Assembly (NCBI GenBank): GCA_023213395.1
Contig: CM041465.1
Location: 130,331,741 to 130,395,740, forward strand
Reading direction: 5' to 3'
DNA length: 64,000 bases
From: Cycas panzhihuaensis
Lineage: Eukaryota > Plantae > Cycadophyta
Below are positions 54,520 through 64,000 of this stretch, one piece after another. Under the pieces are notes generated by a model. It did no database searches, was not told the DNA's origin, and was given only the letters and a program-made list of their open reading frames with translations. Both the position numbers and the translations under genes were made by a program. Positions within the stretch are counted from its first letter, which is position 1. Every line of letters starts with the position of its first letter.

Positions 54520-57500
54520 ACGGTTTTAATCGGTTGCCATTGACTAATGTTGGCAGTTGAGGACCATCAATTTCTCGTAATTTGACTAAGCCATTATCAA
54601 AGATTTCGTTAGGAATGTATGGTCCTAACCATCACATCTTCAATTTCCCTAGATGCGTCTTGAATTTACTATCACATAGTAAGACTTGGTCACCTTCTTG
54701 GAATTGTGGTGCTCTCAGATGGCGATCATGCCATGTTTTTTGTCTCCTTTTCTCAATATTCTGTAACCAATTGGCTTTATGTCATGTTTCCTCAAGTAGG
54801 ATTAGCTACTTTAAGTGTTCACATAATGAATGAAAATTGAAATTTTGAATTCAATTGGAAGAATTGTCTCCATTCCATACACTAGTTGAAATGGTGTTTG
54901 ACTGATTGCTTTCTTGAATGTTATTCAGAATGCCCAAAGTACCAATGGTAGGATTTTTGCCTAGTCTGATCATCCCACATTGCATATCTTTCATAGATAG
55001 TTTCCAATGATCTTGTTTGAACTTTCTACTTGTCCATTTGCCCTTGGGTAGTATGGTGTAGATTAATGGTGACTAATCATGAATTTTGAAGTCAAAATTT
55101 CCACCACTTGATTCAGGAAATGGGCTTCTTGATCATGCACAATCTCCAAGGGGCATCCATATCATGTAATAATTTCTTCATATAACAATCTTGTTGTACG
55201 TTCAGAATCCACTTTCGTCAAGGGTCGAGCTTCTACCCATTTTGTAGTATAATTTGCTACCACTAGAATGTAACAGGCTTGAGAACGTCGAATCACTGGC
55301 TTGATGGGCCCTATGAAATCAAGACCCCACCTTTCAAAGGGTGCAAGTGGCAAAATTGGTTTAAGGGGGCTGTAATCTTGTAACTTTGGTTTTCCCACTC
55401 GTTGGCAATAGTTACACTTCTGAATCCATTTTTTAATATCATTGAACATTGTTGGCCTATAGAATCCGGTTGATAATACTTTATGCCATGTCGCCATCTT
55501 CCCTGTGTGGCCATTTGCCACGCCTTCATGGGCTTGGCTTATAACTTGATTGATTCCATGTGGTTTCACACAACATTGGAGTACCTCATTAGGGCCAAGA
55601 TGATATAATTGCCTCATAATCAATTGATAGGGTTCTACTTTTCAAACCAAGTTCCTGCATTTTGTTCTATCCATTTATTGGGGTAATTCCCCTATTGCTA
55701 GATATTCTAGAATTCCCTTGTACCACTCAGTTGGAACTGCTACCACACTGAAGAGTGCGACATCTAGAAAATAATTGGATATACCTGTGGCTTCTTCTCC
55801 ATTTCTTATTCTTGATAGTTAGTCTTCTATAATGTGGGCTTTCCCGATTTGACCAATATTTTGAAGGTAAATTCCTAAAATAGCATAATCCATCCTCATA
55901 GAATTGGTTTATTCACTAGATACATTAAGGCTTGATGATTGATGTAAAAGATGAATGGAGTAGACAAAAGCTAATGTTGAAATTTCTGCAAAGCATATAC
56001 CATACTGAGACCTTGCTTAGTGGTTGTATAATTTTGTTCAACTTTTGTCAGTTTTTTGCTAGTGAAGTAAATTGGGTGATTAATATTTGTTTCCCTTGAT
56101 TAGGCCAGCACACACCCAATAGCAAATTGTGATGCATCCACATGGACGTGGAATATCTTATCCCAGTCTGGAAAATGTAAGATGGAAGCAGATACTATGG
56201 TGACTTTCAATAATTCAAATGCATCTTATTGCTTTATGCCCCATGCCCATTCTATATCCCTTTTCAACAGCTACTCCAAGGGCCCAGATATACATTCATA
56301 TTCTCAGATAAATTTTCTATAATATCCTATTAATCCCAAATGCACATCTTATTGTGTCAATGGAGTTGGAAAATGCACAATGGTTGACACTTTAGTAGGA
56401 TCAATTAGCAATCCATCTTTACTCATGATATGTCTTAGTAGATTGCTAAATGATACCAAAAGGGTACATTTTTCAAGATTAAGACAAAGGTTATGCTCTC
56501 TACATGTTTGCAACATTTCTCTAAGATTATCCATGTGATTTTTCATTAATCCATACAATGTCCAATCATCAAGAAATACAACCACTTTCTCCCCAATCAT
56601 TTTTCTGAAGATATTAATGACAATGCGCTGGAATGTGGCAGGTGCATTGGTCAATATGAAAGGCATCACTCTGTAGGCGTATGTTCGCCATTTGGTAACA
56701 AAAATTGTCTTTGCCTGGTCTTTAGGGGCAATTTGCACCTAGTTATACCCACTGAACCCATCTGTAAATGAATAAACTTTATGACCCCCTACCATTTCCA
56801 ATATATCTTCTACAAAGGGTAGCAGAAATGGGTCTTTTTTTGTCACCTTATTCAATTGTCCATAATTGACGCAAACTTGAATTTTTTTGTTCTTTTTCGA
56901 TACAACCACTACTAGGCTTACCCATTTACTATAGTCAATTATATACATGTATCTAGCTTCTAACATCTTGTCTAATTCAGCCTTAACCTTTTCCTTATAT
57001 TTTGGGTTCATCCTATAAGGTCTTTGCTTTATTGGTTTAGCTTCTGCTATTAAATCGATATGGTGCAGTCCAATCTCTGAAGGAATGCCTTTAAGGTCTT
57101 TGTATGACCATGTGAAGACGTCTTTATATTCCTCGAACAAGGCTTGTGCTTCAACTATTGTTTTTTCATCCCAATAGTTTCCAATCAATATGTTTTTAGG
57201 ATTTTCCGCTATTCCCAAGTTAATTCCTATGGTTTTTACTTTTTCCACCTCTATTTTATCTTGATTTGTCATGTTATGAGTTGGGGTATCCTTGCTTTCC
57301 TGCTCCCCATAGTTTATCTCAGTGTATTCTAGAGGAAAATTATGGTTTTCTCTTTCCTCCTCTTCCTCAGCTTCCCTACTTTCCGTTGTTTGTGCTAATG
57401 ACATATTTCTAGGTTGTGCAATAGATATACTTAATTGCTTAATTTGCTTGAGTATTTTGTCTAGGGTTTTGTTGTGGGAGGCATGTAAAAAAGTCTCGAT

Positions 57501-57780
57501 AAAAGAGTTTTTTAAGTTATCCCAAGATGCATTTAGGGTTTCTTCCTTCCCTAGCATCCGTTTCTTTCCCATTTTTCCTAGGGTATGGAAAAATAGATGA
57601 CTCCAATTACTTTTTGGAAGGATCTAAGATTTCCAATAATTTTTACAATGTTGAATATGTTTTCTAGGAGATTGCCGTATATAAAAAGATGGAACACTAA
57701 GTTTTTTAGGTGGATCAAACTGAAGTCTAAAAGTTTCTTGGAGATCCACCCATTTCTGAAGGGAAGCCTAATGGGCTAAA
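54520..57780 (-). pseudogene. Gypsy gag (partial)-RT-RNase H-integrase remnant; protease apparently deleted
   Basis: ORFs 56739-57572, 56349-56738 and 55162-55623. Confidence 0.9.
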
Positions 57781-60700
57781 TGTAAAAGGTAATGTTTTAC
57801 CTTAAGTTATAATGTTTGATGTAAGGGTCATGCACCACTTTCTTCTCCTCTCTTAAGTTGACAAGTGGCATTACCTAGTTGAGCGGTTATTATTTGTACC
57901 CACCTTGTACTTGTATATATATACATGAATCATCAATAAAGAAATCATCGTGTGAGAGTGAATTTATTCCTCACTAAGGTTTTGTTACATGGTATCAGAG
58001 CAAGCCCCTAGGTCCTCCTGCTTGTGAAGAAGCTAATCTGGGCTTCACTGAAAGAAGAAGAAGAATACTAGGGACAAATTTTTTATTACAAGGATCTGCT
58101 ATGTGAAGACAAAGTGTCCAGGCAAATTCGAAAGAAGAATTGTACGGATTTGTACGATTGTACGAACATGTACGGACGACAACATTCGAAGTCGTCAGAA
58201 TTCGATGAAACTCACCCAGATCGAAGATCGGAACCTCCTCTACATCTTTCTCTTCTGCGACAACATCATTCGGAGTCATTTTGACCCAGTTTCAGGCCAA
58301 AATACAGGTGCGCGGGATTGGAGCCTTTTCTCTGCATTTTTTTCAAAAATTCTTGATCAAAATCCATGGTACAAGTACTCAAATCCTTTCTCATCTCTAA
58401 ACGAAGAATTTCAGTGGCTGTTTTCATAGATTCGAGTAGTTTTTTCTGGTTTTTTCTTCAAAGACGGCTAAAACCCTTGGGCGCGGGTTGCTTCGACTGG
58501 AGTTTTCTCTCTCATCTGAAGTCCTTTCAAGAAAATAATCACAGATTCGGACACCCATTTGTGAGTTCTTTCAATTGAGACCATTTTTGTTTCAGTTTGT
58601 ACAACTTCGCCTGCATGCAATCTGCAAGAGGCCGCATGCATGATAAAATCTGTTTTTTTCGTTCCTAATCACTCTTCTTTATGGCCTCCTCTGTTGGTTC
58701 ACTAAATAAAAGTGAAAAACTTACATAAATGAATTTTAGTGTCTAGAAAATAAAAATTGAAGGGTTATTGAGAGCAAAGCGAGCCTAGAAAATCACCACT
58801 GAAATTTGAAAAAGCGACCCTACTGTTGCAACAAACCTGACTAGTTGGGAGGAAAGAAATAATGTTGCTGTTTCAGTCCTCAAACTCTCAATTTCTGATT
58901 CATTACTAGTTTATGTAGATGGTCTAGAAGATGTAAATGAAATATGGCAAGTTATGACTTCAATGTTTAGTAGAAAAAATGAAGCTAGAATTGTGGCATT
59001 AAGAGAAGAGCTTTATAAATTGAAAATGAGAGAGGGACAAATTGTGTCAGACTTCTTAACCAAGTTAACTAGCATTAAAGCTGCCCTTCTCATAGCAAGA
59101 GAGAAGTTAACGGACACAGAACTAATTCACCTAGTGCCCAATAAACTTCCAAAGTCCTTTGACAACATGGTGAATATGTTGACAGGAGGAGGACATATAG
59201 CTACAATGTCCTTTGATACTTTGACAGGACATATGTATGCTCAAGATCAAAGAAATTAAAGGTACGAAGAAGAATCAAAAATTGAAGATGCACTTTTTTC
59301 GAAACTTTAGATAGGAGGCAAAGGAAGAGGACAGTTTAATCCTAGATCAAGAGGAAGAATGCCAGCAAGTTACAGGGGACGTTGGACGGAAGGAAGAGGA
59401 CGAGGAAAAATGATCAGCAATCCACCTCGAGAAGCAAGAGTATGCTTTAACTACGGCAAACCAGGTCATTTCTCAAGTAATTGTAGAGCTTTTGATGTTT
59501 GTTATCACTATGGCCAAACAGGTCATTATCCCTATCAGTGCTACCAGAAACGTGTAGAACTACAGAAAGGAAAGCAACAGGTATTTGGAAAGTATAGCAA
59601 AGAAAAGGACACACCAGAAGAAGAAATTGAAACTTCCTTTATTGTAGCCCTAGCAGCGAATGCAAGCGCAACAGAAAACTGGTATATAGACTCAGGTGCC
59701 TCACATCACATGACAGGAGTCAAAGAATGGTTTGAAATCATCAAACCCTATGAATGCAACACATCTGTTGAGCTAGGAGATAATTTTCCCTTACACATAA
59801 GGGGAATAGGACAAATTGCCATATACATCGACGGAAAAATTCATCGTATTGGCAATGTCTTTTTTGTACCTGAAATAAAAAAGAATCTCCTGTTAGTTTC
59901 ACAATTAAGTGATAAAAGGTTAAGAACAATATTTGATGAACATAGATACTGTTATATCCTTTACATGAAAAGAAATGGGGTAGTTATAGCTAAAGGAGAA
60001 AAATATAATAGGTTGTATAAACTCCTTTCAACCCCTATAATGCCTGACAAAGGCCCCATCAAAATGATTTCTGACGTAAAAGTTTTTGCTGTAGATAGCA
60101 CTGATAATAATGAAATGTGGCATTTGAAGTATGGTTATATATCTCATGATAGGTTAGAAAGATTAAAAAAATATAACATGGTGAAAGGCTTGCCAGATAT
60201 CTCATTTAATCATTTTATATGCAAAAGTTGTATGATGGGAAAACAACACAGGACTCCTTTTTCAAAAAGCACCTAGCGCACACAACGCAAATTGGAATTA
60301 ATACACACTGATCTATGTGGTTCGTTCACGCCCATCTCAACAAATGGATCAAGGTATTTCTTGACCTTCATTGATGACTTTTCCAGGAAAACTTGCGTGT
60401 ACTTTCTATCTAGCAAATCAGAAACATTTGGATATTTTAAAGAATTTAAAGCTGCAAGTGAATTGGAAAGCAGTCAAAGGATCAAATGTATTCGTTCCGA
60501 CAGAGGTGGAGAGTTTATGTCCAATGAATTCATTCTTTTCTGTTAAAAACATGGAATCCAAAGGTAGTTCGCAACTCCGTATACACCTCAATCCAATGGA
60601 GTTGTAGAAAGAATGAACAGAACAATTGTAGAAATGGCTTGTTGTATGCTAAATAATAAAGATTTAACAAAGAAATATTGGGCAGAAGCCGTACATACAG

Positions 60701-63025
60701 CTGCATATTTGATCAACAAAATCCCTACTCAGTCCTTAGACAATATAACTCTTGAAGAAGCTTGGTCAGGACACAAACCTGATGTAAGCCATCTGAAAAT
60801 ATTTGGCTGCAAGGCTTATGTTCATATTCTAGATAAGAAAAGAGCCAAATTGAACAATAAAAGCATAGAATGCATACTGGTTGGATATAGCAACCATTCA
60901 AAGGCCTACAGGTGCATGGATCCAAAAACAGATAAGCTTTATGTCGTGAGGATGTAATTTTTGATGAGAAAAAGGAAAATATTGATGCACCAGTATAGAT
61001 CGATGAAGATCATTCTGATACATGTCTTGACCAATTGGAAGATAAGTCAGATATAACGTCAGAAAGATTTGAGACAGGAGAAGATTCTTTAGAAAATGAA
61101 AATCCAGATAAGCAACTAACCAGTAGTTGCAACCTCGAGTCAGACAGTAGCTCCAATTCCAAGAATGAAGGAAAATCGTTATAAGAATGCACCTAAAAAA
61201 GAGTACCAAGGTGGTATCTTAAAGCTCTTGAAGAAACAAAAGGAGATATATTTGAACACCGAACAAGATCACAGAAACCTCAGTTCATTGAACCAAACTC
61301 TTATAAAGAAGCCAATAGCTTCCAAAATTGGAGAATTGCGATGGATGCTGAGATGGAAGCCATACAAAGGAACAAGACATGGGACCTCATCCCAATTCCA
61401 ATAGATAAACCCATTGTAAATTGCAAATGGGTATACAAGATAAAAGAGAAGCCAAATGGAGAAGTAGAAAAATACAAGGCCAGACTGGTAGCTAAAGGCT
61501 ATACTCAAACAACAGGAATCGATTATGAAGAAACATTTTCACCAGTGGCAAAATTAAACACGGTAAAAACAATGATTGCTCTTGCTGCTCAAAAGGGTTG
61601 GGAAATTTATCAAATGGATGTCAAAAGTGCATTATTAAATGGAGACCTACAGGAAGAGGTGTATATGTATCAACCAGAAGGATACATAAAACCAGGACAA
61701 GAAAATATGGTTTGCAAATTGAAAAAGGCACTGTATGGGCTTAAACAAGCTCCAAGAGCCTAGTATGCTAAATTAGATTCATACTTAATAGAGAATGGCT
61801 TTCATCGATGTGAATCTGATCATAGTCTAAAAAGATAATTCATGATCAATCTCCATTGTTGTAGTATATGTGGACGACATGCTGATCACTGGAGATGACA
61901 AAAATTCAATAGCATTCATCAAAGATAAGTTTGAAAAAATATTTGAAATGACAGATTTAGGAATGTTGCATTATTATCTTGGAATAGAAATTAAACAAAA
62001 CAATTCTTCCATTACTCCATAACAAACAAAGTATGTAAAGAACTTATTGACCAATTTGGAATGGAAAATTGTAATAATGTTAGCACACCAATGGAAACAG
62101 GAGTCGTGTTAAATACAGAACATGATGCAGCTTCGGTTGATGCCACACAATACAGACAACTGGTTGGAAGCTTAATCTATCTCACAGCCACACGACCAGA
62201 TATATCGTATGCTGTAGGGTTGATTTCTAGATTCATGGAAAACCCTAAAATTCCACATCGGAATGTTGCAAAGAGAATCTTGCGTTACTAAAAGGAACCA
62301 TGGACCTTGGCCTAAGATATAATAAAGAAAACAATACAAAATTAACAGGTCTCTACGATTCAGACTGGGCTGGAGACAAAATAGATAGAAAGTCAACATC
62401 AGGATATTGCTTCTTCCTTGGAAATTCCTTGATCTCCTGGAGCAGTAAAAAGCAGATCAGCAGTTGCATTATCCTCAATGAGCGAGAATACAAGTCGTGA
62501 TCAACGCCACTTGTGAAGGAATATGGATTAGACAATTGTTGAAAGAACTAGGAGAAGAACAAACAATGTCTACTCGAATATTTTGTGACAATCAAAGTAC
62601 CATAAAAATGACGAATCCTGTTTTACATGCTAGAACAAAGCATATCGAGGTACATCATCATTTTATCAGAGAAAATGTACAAAATAAAGAAATCAAACTT
62701 CAGCATTGTCCGTTAGAAGATCAGATTGCAGATATACTCACCAAACCTCTTGGAAAAGAGAAATTCAGTTTCTTCAGAAATTTACTAGGGTTAAGATAGG
62801 TAAAACATTAAGAGGGGGTGTAAAAGGTAATGTTTTACCTTAAGTTATAATGTTTGATGTAAGGGTCATGTACCACTTTCTTCTCCTCTCTTTAGTTGAC
62901 AAGTGGCATTACCTGGTTGAGCGGTTATTATTTGTACCCACCTTGTACTTGTATATATACATGAATCATCAATAAAGAAATCATCGTGTGAGAGTGAATT
63001 TATTCCTCACTAAGATTTTGTTACA
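57781..63025 (+). mobile_element. Near full-length Ty1/copia element inserted in the gypsy gag
   Basis: LTRs 57781-57989 and 62819-63025 (4 substitutions plus one 2-bp indel by eye). PBS TGGTATCAGAGC at 57990, PPT AAGAGGGGG. TSD ctaaa/ttaaa. Confidence 0.97.
58681..62799 (+). pseudogene. Copia gag-pol polyprotein with premature stops and frameshifts
   Basis: UBN2 gag, two degenerate CCHC knuckles, WYIDSGAS protease, LIHTDLCG/IRSDRGGEF integrase, KARLVAKGY/YVDD RT and QIADILTKPL RNase H. Confidence 0.95.
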
Positions 63026-63282
63026 TTAAATACCAATGCCATGCAAGCCCCCTTAAAGTTAAGACAAAATCTAAATCCCATCGATCTTTATTAGCCATTC
63101 TCTTCTTGATCAAATATTCCATACATTGGACAAGTGAGTAGTGCCATACAATTGTTCCCCAAAGAATGGTTTTACATAATCCCCAATAATTGGACCAAGG
63201 TTTTGTTAATATGGCAGTTGTTTGTTAAGCCACTAGTTAATGTTAATGTGGTGGTTTAACTTAATCATGATCAATGAAATGG

Positions 63283-64000
63283 TGTAAGATATGCGGAGGG
63301 TCGCAACCCTTGTCGGGTGACACCTCTTGGAAGGATATAAAATCCTAAGAGCCCTTGTATATTCAATCAATCAAGCAGGTGGTAATCAATGTGATCTATT
63401 GATCTTTGTGGTGGGTTTTTTTCTAAACGGGTTTTCCACGTAAATCCTGTGTACTATGTATCTATTTTCTGTGTATATCTTGTTTGCTTGTTGTGTATGG
63501 TAAAAGATTCTATGAAATATAAACATGTATGTATGCATTCATGTTCCTTAACATGGTATCAGGCCATAGGGTTCTACACAACTGAGGCCGGAGTTGGGTG
63601 GAGTGGTGAGATTGTTAGTTGCCAGGTGGTGGCGTCATAACCGAGACATTTCTTGAGGATCCATCTACTCTAATGACTTACAGGAGCAAGCACAGTGATC
63701 AATGGTGGTTGAGGAGGTGAAATTCACCTATCAACGAGGCAAAGGCACAATTGGAGTCAGAATTCAGACATGCAGGCCATATCCGTGGTGTGAGTTGGAT
63801 CGCTGGGGGTCATCCAAAGCTGGTTGGTGATCTATAGCAGTGATTGAAACCAGTGGAGCATGTTCTGATGTTGTTTCGGCTGTGGTAAGGACAACCATGC
63901 CTATATGCAAATAAGTTAGTTTTACTCTTAATAGAACACCATAAAATTCAATATATAAATAGCCTTTTGCTATCAAACTATGTATTTCTCATCTAAGAGC
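63283..64000 (+). mobile_element. 5' LTR (63283-63553), PBS and start of another LTR element
   Basis: TGTAAG...TTAACA followed by TGGTATCAGGCC at 63554. Contains a TATA box and the GGGTTTTCCACGTAAA LTR motif. Confidence 0.75.

Larger units (their letters stand above)
51652..63282 (-). mobile_element. Ty3/gypsy non-chromovirus (Athila-like) element with extra 3' ORF; interrupted by a copia
   Basis: Gag (LRGLAWHWY), RT (DGFSGYN, MPF.LTNAPATFQR, FLDD), RNase H and integrase (PFERWGLDFIGP) in gypsy order. No additional RNase H or chromodomain seen. Putative 3' LTR at ~51652-52695. Confidence 0.85.

Overview
AT-rich land-plant genomic DNA; the species cannot be identified from this window. About 90% of it is a nest of LTR retrotransposons. 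Five events can be ordered from TSDs and an empty-site copy: Copia A (6902-29158), then minus-strand Copia B (17000-28237), then a 5,956-bp tandem duplication with a templated filler junction, then a ~2.5-kb solo LTR (18617-26376), then a young non-autonomous gag-only element (20835-26071). That last element has a second PBS built into its LTRs and an internal CpG island. Other repeats are a tRNA-derived SINE, a 5'-truncated L1 LINE, a 1.55-kb (TA)n tract, an Athila-like Gypsy with an extra 3' ORF, and a near full-length Copia (57781-63025). The only host gene is the first coding exon of a methylthioribose-1-phosphate isomerase (MTI1/MRI1) at 48294-48389. Its intron appears to exceed 15 kb and contains a candidate box H/ACA snoRNA (49202-49329) in a structured, TE-free segment. 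No demonstrably new system can be proven from sequence alone. The best leads are the intronic H/ACA candidate and the double-PBS gag-only element.
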